Source: Candidatus Poribacteria bacterium (GTDB taxonomy: Bacteria; Poribacteria; WGA-4E; WGA-3G). Taken from it: a stretch of DNA of 64,000 nucleotides. The first letter of the stretch is position 1, and each line of letters begins with the position of its first letter. Below, one piece after another: positions 29,393 through 39,829 of this stretch. The notes below the pieces were generated by a model that ran no database searches, had not been told where the DNA came from, and saw only the letters and a list, made by a program, of their open reading frames with translations. Both the position numbers and the translations under genes were made by a program. The stretch is from contig CAXXLX010000001.1 in NCBI GenBank assembly GCA_963665235.2, forward strand, positions 3,168,001 through 3,232,000, read 5' to 3'.

Positions 29393-30268
29393 ATGCGACA
29401 ATTTGACCCTGTTGTTACACACATTATGGACCGCTTCGCGTCGGAGTTTGCGAATCTATTTTTCAATGAATCTGACCTTGAAGACATTGAGCGGTTGGAT
29501 ACGAAGCAAGCTACTATTAAGGTCCATCAAAACGATTTGACTTTCAAAGCACGGCGTTCCAACGGCGAGACAGTGATTTTCCATATAGAGGTGCAAACAT
29601 ACGATAGCACTGACCAACCGATGCCGTTGCGTGTTTTAAACTATGCAAGCGCGCTTATTCTTAGCTATGGGTTGCCGGTATATTCTATAGTGCTGTATCT
29701 GCATCCGAACGCGGGTCACGGGGATCCGGGCACCTATAGCTATGGAGATGATACGATGGGTTTGCGTTTGAACTATAAGGTCATCCGTCTATCTGATTTA
29801 GAGGGTGAACCATTTTTAGAGTCCCCTGCGATAGGTTTGTTGCCGTTTACGCCGTTGATGAAACCGCCTGCTGGTATGACAGCCGAGGCGTGGATTGAGG
29901 CGTGTGTTGCGAAGACACAAGCGGCCCCTGTTGACTCTCAGACGCGGGGTACGCTTTTATTTGCGCTATCTCTTCTTGGCAGTTTAGCGCACGACCCGGA
30001 ACTTTTTCGGAAGTCTATATTGGAGGGAATTATGCAAGAGTCTCCGTTTTATGATATGGTTCTACAGGACGGGATTAAACAAGGGACGCACGAGACATCT
30101 ATTAGATATATCCTTACTGTGCTTACAGCGCGTTTCCCGGATGCCGATATATCTCGTGCTGCCTCTGCGCTTGAGTCTGTTGGTGATATTGAGCGTCTCA
30201 CCGAGCTGCATACACTTGCGCTCTCGGTGCCTAATTTCACCGCTTTCTTGCAAGCATGTGATAGATAG
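29393..30268 (+). CDS. Rpn/YhgA-like PD-(D/E)xK protein
   Basis: NDL...IFHIEVQT..D..MPLRVLNY, PVYSIVLYL, LLPFTPLM, MQESPFY. Confidence 0.85.
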   Translation: MRQFDPVVTHIMDRFASEFANLFFNESDLEDIERLDTKQATIKVHQNDLTFKARRSNGETVIFHIEVQTYDSTDQPMPLRVLNYASALILSYGLPVYSIVLYLHPNAGHGDPGTYSYGDDTMGLRLNYKVIRLSDLEGEPFLESPAIGLLPFTPLMKPPAGMTAEAWIEACVAKTQAAPVDSQTRGTLLFALSLLGSLAHDPELFRKSILEGIMQESPFYDMVLQDGIKQGTHETSIRYILTVLTARFPDADISRAASALESVGDIERLTELHTLALSVPNFTAFLQACDR

Positions 30269-30406
30269 GTCGCTTTCAACCGCTTTGATGAAACTGCCTG
30301 TTAGTATATCAATGTTGTATCTGAAATCCGAAGGAGTATGTTGCAGTGTCCTCGTTGTGGAGGACACCACGATTAGTTCCCGATACAAAACCGTAAGGAG
30401 GCGCAA

Positions 30407-31804
30407 TTGAGCAGACCTAATATTCTATTCATTATGTCCGATGACCACGCATCTCACGCGATGAGTTGCTACGGCAGTCGGATTAACCAAACACCGCATC
30501 TCGACCGAATCGCAGCGGACGGTATGATTCTTCAAAACTGCTTCTGCGTTAATTCTATTTGCACCCCGAGTCGTGCAAACATTTTGACAGGAAAACATAG
30601 TCACCTCAACGGTGTTAAGACATTAGGCGATAACCTTGATGGTAGAAAACCGAACGTTGCCAAGATGTTGCAGGCGAGCGGCTATCAGACTGCTATGGTC
30701 GGCAAATGGCATCTCGGACACGGCGGCGATGCTGACCCTACAGGGTTTGACTACTGGAATGTCCTACCCGGACAGGGAAGGTATTATGACCCTGTGATGA
30801 TAGAGCCGGATGGCAGAAAAACGCACGAGGGTTATGCTACTGATGTCATCACAGATTTTTCGTTGGAATGGCTGCAAAATCGAGATAGAGATAAACCGTT
30901 TTTCCTAATGTGTCATCACAAAGCCCCCCACCGGCCATGGGATTCAGACGAAAAACATGCACACATGTTCGAAGATGGGGATGTTCCGATGCCAGATAAC
31001 TTCTTCGATGACTATGCTAACCGCTCTAATGCCGCGAAGGAAGCGAAGATGCGAGTCTTCGGGCACATGAACGATAGAGACCTGAAAATCGAAAAACTGG
31101 GACCGCCCCCCGAAGGTTTGTCTGATGAGGAGCTGGCAAACTGGCAGTATCAACGGTATATCAAGGAATATCTACGCTGTGTCGCTTCAATTGATGACAA
31201 CGTCGGACGACTGCTTGATTATCTCGATGCGGATGACGTTGCTGACGACACTATGGTGATTTACACCTCCGATCAGGGATTTTTCTTGGGTGACCACGGT
31301 TGGTACGATAAACGGTTTATGTACGAAGAATCGCTACGCATGCCGTTTATTGTCCGCTATCCCAGAGCAATTGAGGCGGGAAGCTCTACGGACGCAATGG
31401 CGTTGAATATCGATTTCGCTGAAACCTGGCTCGATTACGCAGGTGTACCAATTCCTGACGATATGCAAGGCAGCAGCTTGCGCCCAATACTTGAGGGTGA
31501 AACACCAGACGATTGGCGGGAGTCTATGTACTATCGCTACTGGATGCATCTCTCGCACCACTACGTTCCCGCACACTACGGAATTCGGACACATCGATAT
31601 AAACTCATCTATTACTACGGCGAGGCACTCGGCACAAGCGGTTCAGTCAACGAACCGAAAGAGCCGGAATGGGAACTCTTCGATTTGGAGAAAGACCCGA
31701 ATGAAATGTGCAGTGTCTACGACGACCCCGCCTACGCTAATGTTGTCAAAGAATTAACAGCCGAACTGTCCAGACTCAAAGAAGAAGCTATGGACGACGA
31801 ATAA
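30407..31804 (+). CDS. sulfatase (S1 family)
   Basis: RPNILFIMSDDH, CTPSR, GKWHLG, KAPHRPW, YTSDQG, DKRFMYEES. Confidence 0.95.
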   Translation: MSRPNILFIMSDDHASHAMSCYGSRINQTPHLDRIAADGMILQNCFCVNSICTPSRANILTGKHSHLNGVKTLGDNLDGRKPNVAKMLQASGYQTAMVGKWHLGHGGDADPTGFDYWNVLPGQGRYYDPVMIEPDGRKTHEGYATDVITDFSLEWLQNRDRDKPFFLMCHHKAPHRPWDSDEKHAHMFEDGDVPMPDNFFDDYANRSNAAKEAKMRVFGHMNDRDLKIEKLGPPPEGLSDEELANWQYQRYIKEYLRCVASIDDNVGRLLDYLDADDVADDTMVIYTSDQGFFLGDHGWYDKRFMYEESLRMPFIVRYPRAIEAGSSTDAMALNIDFAETWLDYAGVPIPDDMQGSSLRPILEGETPDDWRESMYYRYWMHLSHHYVPAHYGIRTHRYKLIYYYGEALGTSGSVNEPKEPEWELFDLEKDPNEMCSVYDDPAYANVVKELTAELSRLKEEAMDDE

Positions 31805-31822
31805 AGTAGCAGGAGGCACAAA

Positions 31823-32842
31823 ATGGCAAAGAATAATCCGTTGGATAATATCGAACCCGGTATGAAAGTTACGGCACAGATGTCCCCTGAACCGAGCGAA
31901 GCTGACTTACAGTTCGCGAAGCAGATGGATGTCGATTATGTTGTGCTCTGGACGAACGGCGCAAACGCAAATTACGACTATTTCATGAGCCGCCGTGAGA
32001 TTTTTGAGAACGCTGGTTTAAAAATCTATGGATTCGGCAATAGCGATGTCCATAATCAGGATGGCATTGTGCTGAACCTAGAGAATCGCGATGCAAAGGT
32101 TGAACAGTATAAGCAATATATTCGCGACCTCGGAAGGGCAGGAATTCCGTACACAACCTATGCACACATGGGAAACGGTATTTGGAGCACCGAACGCGAG
32201 ACGACGCGTGGCGGTGCAAGCGCACGTGCATTCAATTTGGAGACTGCCGAGGTGGGACACTGGGGCGGTAATAGATATGGAATGCCGCTTTCGCACGGCC
32301 GCGAATACAGTGAGCAAGAAATCTGGGATAACTATACCTACTTTATCAGGCAAGCTGCCCCGGTCGCTGAGGAGGCAGGCGTGATGATTGGGATTCATCC
32401 CGATGACCCCCCCGCGCTCCATCTTGCCGGAATCCCCAGATGTATCTTCAGTAGTTTTGAAGGCTATAAACGTGCACTTGAAATCGCCGACAGTCCAAAT
32501 GTCGGTATGTGTTTTTGTGTGGGATGTTGGCTCGAAGGCGGGGATTTAATGGGAAAGGATGTCATAGAATCTATCCGCTACTTCGGCGAAAGAGGAAAAA
32601 TTTTTAAAGTCCATTTCCGAAACGTCGACAAACCGCTGCCCCATTTCGTGGAGACGTTCGTGGACAATGGATATCAGGATATGTATCAGGTGGCGAAAGT
32701 GCTCCGAGAGGTTGACTTCAACGGCGTGCTGATTCCGGACCATATCCCAAGCATGGCAGGCGACCACCGTATCGGAACTGCCTATACTATCGCCTACATG
32801 AATGCGCTTGTGAAGCGTGCGAATGAAGAGGTTGCAGCATAA
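31823..32842 (+). CDS. uxuA: mannonate dehydratase family protein
   Basis: IHPDDPP, FCVGC, VHFRNV, FVETFVDNG, IPDHIP. Confidence 0.8.
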   Translation: MAKNNPLDNIEPGMKVTAQMSPEPSEADLQFAKQMDVDYVVLWTNGANANYDYFMSRREIFENAGLKIYGFGNSDVHNQDGIVLNLENRDAKVEQYKQYIRDLGRAGIPYTTYAHMGNGIWSTERETTRGGASARAFNLETAEVGHWGGNRYGMPLSHGREYSEQEIWDNYTYFIRQAAPVAEEAGVMIGIHPDDPPALHLAGIPRCIFSSFEGYKRALEIADSPNVGMCFCVGCWLEGGDLMGKDVIESIRYFGERGKIFKVHFRNVDKPLPHFVETFVDNGYQDMYQVAKVLREVDFNGVLIPDHIPSMAGDHRIGTAYTIAYMNALVKRANEEVAA

Positions 32843-32857
32843 AGGAGATCTTAAATC

Positions 32858-33415
32858 ATGAAAAAACGTTTCATTCATTTGGCAGTAATAGCCAATTTTC
32901 TAATTTGTGTTTCAATTACGTTTATCGGTTGTGAAAAGATGCCAGGAATGCCGACCGATTCATCCAAACAAGCAGTGGCGATAATTAATCCGACAAGTGG
33001 AAATGAAGTGACCGGCATAGCGGACTTCACACAGGTCGGGGACGTAATTACGCTCACCATTGAGATTCAGAACGCATCGCCAGGGACACACGCTGTTCAT
33101 ATCCACGAAAAAGGGGATTGTAGTGCATCTGATGGTACATCCGCAGGAGGGCATTGGAATCCTACAAACGTTGCACACGGGAAGTGGGGAGAAGGTGAAT
33201 TCCACCTTGGAGACATCGGTAACATCGAAGTCGCAGAGGATGGCACTGGATCAATTGAATTGACAACAGACCTATGGGAAATTGGCACTGGCTCTATTAT
33301 CGATGTTGTTGGAAAAGGCATCATCGTTCACGCGGGGGCTGACGATTTTACGTCGCAACCTTCAGGAGCTGCTGGTGCACGAATCGGCTGTGGTGTCATT
33401 GAGCTGAGCGAATAA
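32858..33415 (+). CDS. sodC: Cu/Zn superoxide dismutase (lipoprotein)
   Basis: HAVHIHEKGDC, SAGGHWNP, HLGDIGNI, IVHAGADD, GAAGARIGCG. Confidence 0.93.
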   Translation: MKKRFIHLAVIANFLICVSITFIGCEKMPGMPTDSSKQAVAIINPTSGNEVTGIADFTQVGDVITLTIEIQNASPGTHAVHIHEKGDCSASDGTSAGGHWNPTNVAHGKWGEGEFHLGDIGNIEVAEDGTGSIELTTDLWEIGTGSIIDVVGKGIIVHAGADDFTSQPSGAAGARIGCGVIELSE

Positions 33416-33420
33416 TCGCA

Positions 33421-33472
33421 AAAAATAGAAACTGGTATTGTGCCGAACGGTGCAATACCAGTCTCTATTTTT
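33421..33472. terminator. bidirectional rho-independent terminator
   Basis: AAAAATAGAAACTGGTATTG...CAATACCAGTCTCTATTTTT. Confidence 0.75.
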
Positions 33473-33478
33473 ACAACT

Positions 33479-34837
33479 ATGAAAAAATCACTCCAAAACG
33501 TTGCACTTCACCCTTCACACGTTCCATATTTCCTCGTCCTAATATTGCTAATTGGGACAAAAGCGTATCCAGCGGATTGGCCGGATTTCCTCGGGCCAGA
33601 GCGGAACGGCAAATCGCAGGAAAAGATTGATATCGTGCCATGGAAAAAGACGGGGCCACCGATTATCTGGGATAAGGAGCTCGGCACAGGTTACGGTTCG
33701 CCCACTGTCGCAGATGGAAAGCTGTTTATTTTCGCACGCTACGGAGACAAAGCACGTCTAACCTGTTTGGAAAGTGAGACCGGGGACGAACTCTGGCGAT
33801 TTGAATATCCTACCGACTATGAGGATATGTACGGCTACAATAACGGTCCGAGATGCTGTCCTGTTGTTGATGGCGAACGTGTATATATCTTTGGTGCGGC
33901 GGGCATGCTACACTGTGTAAATACGCAAAACGGCAAACCGTTATGGCAGGTGGACACAACAGAAAAATTTAACGTCGTTCAAAACTTCTTCGGCGTGGCT
34001 TCCGCACCGGCTGTGGAGGAGGAATTGCTCATCGTTCAGATTGGGGGTTCACCCCCCGGAACACCGAAAAATATCTGGGCAGCAAATGGTGCACCGCCAC
34101 CGAACGGGAGCGGCATCGTCGCCTTTAGTAAGTACACAGGTGAGGTTGTCTATCAAATCGCTGATGACCTTGCAAGCTATGCAAGCCCTATTTTCGCCAC
34201 TATCGATGGAAGACGTTGGGGATTTGCGTTCCTCCGGGGCGGACTTGTCGGGTTTGAACCGGCAACTGGCACAATTGATTTTCGCTATCCGTGGCGACAC
34301 CCGAAAATTGAATCTGTCAATGCGTCATCGCCTGTTGTCGTGGATGACCTCGTTTTCATCAGCGAATCGTACGGGATTGGCAGCACTGTCCTCCGTGTAA
34401 AGCCCGGAGGTTACGAGGTTGTTTGGAAGGACCAGGCGAGAAGCCGAAACAAAGCGATGGCGTTGCATTGGAATACTGCTATCCATCACGAGGGGTATCT
34501 TTACGGTTGTAGCGGTCAATATGCCAACGGCGCGGAGCTCCGATGTGTCGAACTGAAAACCGGTAAGGTGATGTGGCGGCAGCGCACTGACGAACGCGCT
34601 TCCCTCCTCTGGGTGAACGACTATTTCATCTATCTGGGTGAGTATGGACGCATGCTATTGCTGAAGTGCACGCCCGAAAAACCTGTCCTTATCTCCGCAG
34701 CTGTGCCGCAGGATAAAAATGGCAAGCAATTAATCGCCTATCCTGCATGGGCTGCGCCTGTGTTAGCGGAGGGACGGCTCTACGTCCGAGGCAAAAATCG
34801 GCTGCTCTGTTTTGCCCTGACCTTACAAGCACAATAA
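33479..34837 (+). CDS. PQQ-like beta-propeller repeat protein
   Basis: ADWPDFLGPERNG, repeated TG..LW motifs, WAAPVLAEGRLYVR. Confidence 0.88.
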   Translation: MKKSLQNVALHPSHVPYFLVLILLIGTKAYPADWPDFLGPERNGKSQEKIDIVPWKKTGPPIIWDKELGTGYGSPTVADGKLFIFARYGDKARLTCLESETGDELWRFEYPTDYEDMYGYNNGPRCCPVVDGERVYIFGAAGMLHCVNTQNGKPLWQVDTTEKFNVVQNFFGVASAPAVEEELLIVQIGGSPPGTPKNIWAANGAPPPNGSGIVAFSKYTGEVVYQIADDLASYASPIFATIDGRRWGFAFLRGGLVGFEPATGTIDFRYPWRHPKIESVNASSPVVVDDLVFISESYGIGSTVLRVKPGGYEVVWKDQARSRNKAMALHWNTAIHHEGYLYGCSGQYANGAELRCVELKTGKVMWRQRTDERASLLWVNDYFIYLGEYGRMLLLKCTPEKPVLISAAVPQDKNGKQLIAYPAWAAPVLAEGRLYVRGKNRLLCFALTLQAQ

Positions 34838-34843
34838 TTCGGG

Positions 34844-35938
34844 TTAAGGTTTCCACAGTGTTGCCTCAATAAACCGTTCCCCATCCGGCTCTTCATGAAA
34901 ATAGTAGGCCGTTACCACAACACCATCGGGCCGTTGGACAGTTCTCGGATACCCAATATCATGTTCACCACCGTTATCCCGCAAAACGATTTCCGCTCCC
35001 CATGTATTACCCCCATCGCTGCTTAACTTTGCACAGATACGGTAAGGAGCATCCCGATATCCGTAGGTGAGACATAATCTCCCATCAAGGAGGCGGGTTA
35101 ATGTCGGCGGATTTCCCCCGCGCCCTGTATTATCAATAGGTTGGTTGATATAATCCCAGGTCTGTCCGTTATCATCTGAGGCGTAAAGATCAATCCAATT
35201 ATGCAGGTCTTGCCAATCTCTCGCTGTCCTGTTTTGTCCCCGTCTGCCTCTACATCGAACAGCGACTAAAATCCGTGTGTCAGAGAGACGTACACTTGCT
35301 GGCATAATGGCGAAACCTTCAGGCTCCGGCCCAATTTGTGAGAGACGTGAAAAGGTTTTTCCGCCATCGGTCGTGCGTGCACAGAATATCAATCCCTCTG
35401 CACCATCTGCTTTGGAGGCAGTCAGAAAAAGGAGACACTCGCCAGAACTAGAGACGAGATAATCTGTTCGTGCGGCAATACCTGTATAACCGAACATCGG
35501 CAACCGAAACGGTCCGTCCCAGCTTTGACACCTATCGGTAGAGGTATAAAACCATGAGTGCGCGCCCGCCTTCAGCCCGGACCTGCTGCACATCAACGCA
35601 AAATCGGGATGTGCAAGGTTGATGCTTTGCGGTGTGCAAAAGGCGGTATTGCCTTGTAATCTATGTTTATCCTGTACGTGTTCATCTGCGGACAAGGTGC
35701 CTGCGCCAGGGAGGCGACACGGTGTTTCGGAAACCGTCCATGTGTCACCGCCATCCGTGGTGCGCGCTTGCATCGCTGTAAAAGGTTTGTCGCGGTCCCG
35801 ACGGTGAAACCCTGCATCGGATTTGTGGTAACCGACGGTAAACCCGACCACGATTTCGTTATCCCAAGACCAAATACCGTAGTTTGCCGGCCAGCCCGCA
35901 TAACGTCCGGGTTCACGATAAATTGTAACCTGTTGCAT
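34844..35938 (-). CDS. sialidase-like BNR/Asp-box protein
   Basis: TTDGGDTW, STDRCQSW, SDDNGQTW, SSDGGNTW, DIGYP. Confidence 0.85.
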   Translation of the reverse strand: MQQVTIYREPGRYAGWPANYGIWSWDNEIVVGFTVGYHKSDAGFHRRDRDKPFTAMQARTTDGGDTWTVSETPCRLPGAGTLSADEHVQDKHRLQGNTAFCTPQSINLAHPDFALMCSRSGLKAGAHSWFYTSTDRCQSWDGPFRLPMFGYTGIAARTDYLVSSSGECLLFLTASKADGAEGLIFCARTTDGGKTFSRLSQIGPEPEGFAIMPASVRLSDTRILVAVRCRGRRGQNRTARDWQDLHNWIDLYASDDNGQTWDYINQPIDNTGRGGNPPTLTRLLDGRLCLTYGYRDAPYRICAKLSSDGGNTWGAEIVLRDNGGEHDIGYPRTVQRPDGVVVTAYYFHEEPDGERFIEATLWKP

Positions 35939-36129
35939 TTTTTTCGCTCCAATCGTAGATTTTTCGCATAGTATAGCACCGTTTTATCAAATTAGCAACC
36001 GTTATTGTGCCAGCTAGGCCGTGGCCTCTGCGATAATCTGTTCATCGCCTTCCCATATTTTTCTTGACAAAAAATGCAAATCGTATAAAATATAAGCATA
36101 CTTTCGTAATTCTAGAAAGGACTGAATAC

Positions 36130-37209
36130 ATGGAAAACATGCATCTTTTTCAAGCACCGCACCTTCACACAATTACACGTGACATCTTTGTTGCTGCTGG
36201 CACGTCCCCGCACATTGCTGAGGATGTCACAGAGATTCTGATTAAAGCACACCTCGCCGGTCATGATTCACACGGTGTCCTCCGAATTCCTGCCTACCTG
36301 AAAGGTATTGAGGCGGGTCACATAAAACCCGCCGTGGAACCTGAAGTCGTTGCTGAAACGGATAACACACTGCGTATTGATGGAAACGGGTGTTTTGGAC
36401 ACTATGTCTCACGATGGGCAATACGGAAAGCGATAGCAAAGTCAAAGACGCATGCATGTTGCTGCGTTAGCATTTTTAACACTGGCCATATCGGTCGCTT
36501 AGGGGAATATGCCGAAGAAGCAGCCAATGCAGGATGTATTGGGCTCATCACCGTTGGGATGGGCGGTAAAGGCGTGGGACCGGTGGTGCCTTATGGCGGT
36601 TCACAAGGCACTTTCAGCACGAATCCTATTGCTATCGGGGTGCCAACAGGCGATGATACACCCTTCATTATTGATTACGCTACGAGTGTGATTGCTGAAG
36701 GGAAAATTCAGGTTGCGCGTAGCAAAGCGGCAGAGCTACCAGAGGGATGTATCTTAGATAAACACGGCGCACCGAGTGTCAAACCCGCTGATTTCTATGA
36801 TGGCGGAAATCTCATCGCATTCGGTAAGCATAAAGGCTACGCCCTAGCAATGTTTACGTGTCTATTAGGTGGGTTAGCAGGAACGTTCGACGTTGATACC
36901 GGACAGATGCGAGGCATCTTCATGCAGGCGATTGATGTGAGTGCTTTCACACCCGTGTCGGAATACCAGGCCGGTGTGCGTGCTTTCCTAAACAGCATTA
37001 AAGCCACACCCCCCGCGCCCGGCTTCGACGAGGTATTAGCCCCCGGCGATTTCGAAGCACGTTTTCGTTCGCAGCGGTTGGAGAACGGCATTGAAATACC
37101 GGATACTATCTACAATCAGCTTCAGGAATATGCAGAAAAACTAGAGGTTTCCCTCGGTAAAGCGGCAATTAAACCGGAAGATAAGGCGCGTTATTCGCGT
37201 GTCATGTAG
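36130..37209 (+). CDS. Ldh_2 (malate/L-lactate/sulfolactate-type) oxidoreductase
   Basis: GHDSHGVLR, HIGRLGEY, STNPIAIG, HKGYAL; TTGACA-N16-TAAAAT upstream. Confidence 0.9.
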   Translation: MENMHLFQAPHLHTITRDIFVAAGTSPHIAEDVTEILIKAHLAGHDSHGVLRIPAYLKGIEAGHIKPAVEPEVVAETDNTLRIDGNGCFGHYVSRWAIRKAIAKSKTHACCCVSIFNTGHIGRLGEYAEEAANAGCIGLITVGMGGKGVGPVVPYGGSQGTFSTNPIAIGVPTGDDTPFIIDYATSVIAEGKIQVARSKAAELPEGCILDKHGAPSVKPADFYDGGNLIAFGKHKGYALAMFTCLLGGLAGTFDVDTGQMRGIFMQAIDVSAFTPVSEYQAGVRAFLNSIKATPPAPGFDEVLAPGDFEARFRSQRLENGIEIPDTIYNQLQEYAEKLEVSLGKAAIKPEDKARYSRVM

Positions 37210-37257
37210 TAGGTACGCACTGACGTGCCATTCTTAAACTTACAGGATTTTTTTCTT

Positions 37258-39756
37258 ATGCAACGCAGCTATCTATTTTTCACAATAATCTTTCTGATAA
37301 CGTTCACACTGACTGCCTTTGCTCAAGACCACACGTCATTAATCCATGGCAGCAGCGTCCAAGCGGTGGCACATTCACCTATCAATTCTTCCGTCATTGC
37401 AAGTGCAGGTAAAAACGGCACGATAAAACTGTGGGATTTGCAGACCGGTGCCGGAACAACCCTCGGAAGCCACGCTGGGACTGTCAATTCTATCGCTTTT
37501 TCCCCGAACGGGCAGCTGCTTGTCAGCGGCGGGGACGATTATGTCTTCAAATTATGGAATGTCTCGCGTAAACGGCATATCGCAACGCTTGAACATATTA
37601 CTGACCGGAGCCGTTCACAAATCAAAGCAGTCGCTTTTTCCTCCGATGGCCAAATGATTGCTACCGCGGGATGGCATGTAAAATTATGGGATATTCACAC
37701 ACATAATGAAATAACGACACTTAGGAACGACGCATGGGTGTGGACAGTCGACTTCTCTACTGATGGACAACTCCTCGCTACCGGGGATGGAAATGGGAGT
37801 GTAAAAATCTGGAATGTCCAAAGCCGGAGGACCGTCACACAACGCCAAGGCGATGCCAATGCTGTCTATACTGTTAAGTTTTCTGCGGACAATCAAACCC
37901 TTGCCGGAGCAGGGTTTAACGGAAAGGTTACGTTATGGAAACACCCAAATTGGACACATCATGGAACGCTCCATGGCAACGGCACAATCTTTGGGCTCAG
38001 CTTTTCACCGGATAGCAGGACACTCGCCGGGACAGGCTACGAATCGGTAAGTCTCTGGGGCGTTGAAACAGGTGAAAAGCTTACCACGTTCTCCGGACAC
38101 AGCGGCTGGGTACGAGCGACTGCCTTCTCGCCGAACACACTATCTCTTAGTAGTGGCGGGCAGGACGGCAAACTCCGACTCTGGGATGTCACGCCCTACC
38201 AATTCACTGTACAAGATATGGTCCGAATCATCTATTTCGTCCCCCGCAACCGCAAAAGTCAACCGGATATATGGACAAAATTAGATACACTCATCAGAAA
38301 CGTCCAACGTTTTTATGCCAATCAGATGAGAGCCAACGGATTAGGATGGAAAACCTTCACCTTTGAAACCGATGAGAATCGAGACACTGTTGTCTATCAG
38401 GTCGATGGACAGTTCACTGACCCCTACTATCACATAGACACGGAAATGCGGGTCTATAAAGAGGTCGCCGCACAATTTGACATGGAGCGGCACGTATATC
38501 TTATTGTCACCGACATTAGTAGTGAAGCGATTGGCACAAAAGATATATGCGGGGTTGGCGGAAGTAATTGGCGTGAAACCCACCATAGCGTTAAGGGACG
38601 GGGCGGATACGCTATCATTCCAGCATCCGGGAACTGTTTCGATGGCACAAACGGGGTTTATGTCGCGGCACATGAACTGGGACACGCCTTTGGCTTAAAC
38701 CACGACTTCAGAGATGACGCATATATCATGTCTTACGGCGAAGCCCCCGACCGGTTGTCTAAATGTGCTGCCGAAGCGTTGCATGTTAATCGGTTTTTTA
38801 ATACCGCCCAAACCGCCTTCGACCAACCGACAACGATTCTGATGCTCACCCCTGAAACGCACCCACTAAACGCTGGCACCCTCAAACTCCTATTTGAGGT
38901 GACCGATTTAGATGGTATTCATCAGGTTCAGCTGCATGTCCCAACAACCGATAAAGACCCCGCAACTGGCACTAAACTCCACAGTTGTAAGCAGGTAGAG
39001 GCACGAAATGCTACCGTTGAATTTAACATCCCCGCACTAACGACAAATCAAGCAAGCAGTATAATCCTCCAGATTATTGATGTCTACGGAAATATTACAA
39101 AACAGACGTACACGCTCCGAGCCGATAATACGCTACTGGTTCAAAATCGCCCCGATGTCAACGGCGATGGCACCGTCGATATTACCGACCTTGTGTTTGT
39201 CGCCTCTAAATTCGGTGAAAAGGTTGTTGGGAATATCTATCCGAATCCGGATGTCAATAGAGATGGGGTCGTCAATGTCACCGATTTGTTGCTGGTAGTC
39301 AACAGCCTTGTTTCGGAGACGGGGGCTGCACCGACAATTGCTGCCCTTAACGCGACGACACTACAACAGTGGATTGCACAAGTCAAGCAGCTTCCCGATA
39401 GAGATGTAACCCTTGAAAAAGGCATTACGGTGCTTGAACAGCTCCTCGCCACTTTGACACCGACCGACACGCGTCTCTTGGAAAACTATCCGAACCCGTT
39501 CAACCCGGAGACCTGGATTCCGTATCAGTTGGCGACTGCTTCCGATGTTATCATTACGATATACGATGTGCGTGGCACCCCTATCCGGACGTTAACCTTG
39601 GGCCATCAATCTGCTGGCAGCTATGTGAGTAGGAGTCGTGCTGCCTATTGGGATGGTCGTAACGATACTGGGGAAGCTGTAGCGAGTGGCCTCTATTTTT
39701 ACACGTTATCTGCGGGCAATTTCACTGCGACACGGAAGATGTTTTTGAGGAAGTAG
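37258..39756 (+). CDS. exported WD40 + metzincin peptidase + dockerin-like + C-terminal sorting-like domain protein
   Basis: signal peptide, WD40 repeats, HELGHAFGLNH with IMSY Met-turn, DVNGDGTVDITDL/DVNRDGVVNVTDL, NYPNPFNPETWIPYQL CTD. Confidence 0.85.
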   Translation: MQRSYLFFTIIFLITFTLTAFAQDHTSLIHGSSVQAVAHSPINSSVIASAGKNGTIKLWDLQTGAGTTLGSHAGTVNSIAFSPNGQLLVSGGDDYVFKLWNVSRKRHIATLEHITDRSRSQIKAVAFSSDGQMIATAGWHVKLWDIHTHNEITTLRNDAWVWTVDFSTDGQLLATGDGNGSVKIWNVQSRRTVTQRQGDANAVYTVKFSADNQTLAGAGFNGKVTLWKHPNWTHHGTLHGNGTIFGLSFSPDSRTLAGTGYESVSLWGVETGEKLTTFSGHSGWVRATAFSPNTLSLSSGGQDGKLRLWDVTPYQFTVQDMVRIIYFVPRNRKSQPDIWTKLDTLIRNVQRFYANQMRANGLGWKTFTFETDENRDTVVYQVDGQFTDPYYHIDTEMRVYKEVAAQFDMERHVYLIVTDISSEAIGTKDICGVGGSNWRETHHSVKGRGGYAIIPASGNCFDGTNGVYVAAHELGHAFGLNHDFRDDAYIMSYGEAPDRLSKCAAEALHVNRFFNTAQTAFDQPTTILMLTPETHPLNAGTLKLLFEVTDLDGIHQVQLHVPTTDKDPATGTKLHSCKQVEARNATVEFNIPALTTNQASSIILQIIDVYGNITKQTYTLRADNTLLVQNRPDVNGDGTVDITDLVFVASKFGEKVVGNIYPNPDVNRDGVVNVTDLLLVVNSLVSETGAAPTIAALNATTLQQWIAQVKQLPDRDVTLEKGITVLEQLLATLTPTDTRLLENYPNPFNPETWIPYQLATASDVIITIYDVRGTPIRTLTLGHQSAGSYVSRSRAAYWDGRNDTGEAVASGLYFYTLSAGNFTATRKMFLRK

Positions 39757-39829
39757 TATCAAATGACCTTATGATAGCTGGAATGCTGATGTTTGTTAGC
39801 TTCAGAAACGTTAAAGGATATGAAAGATA

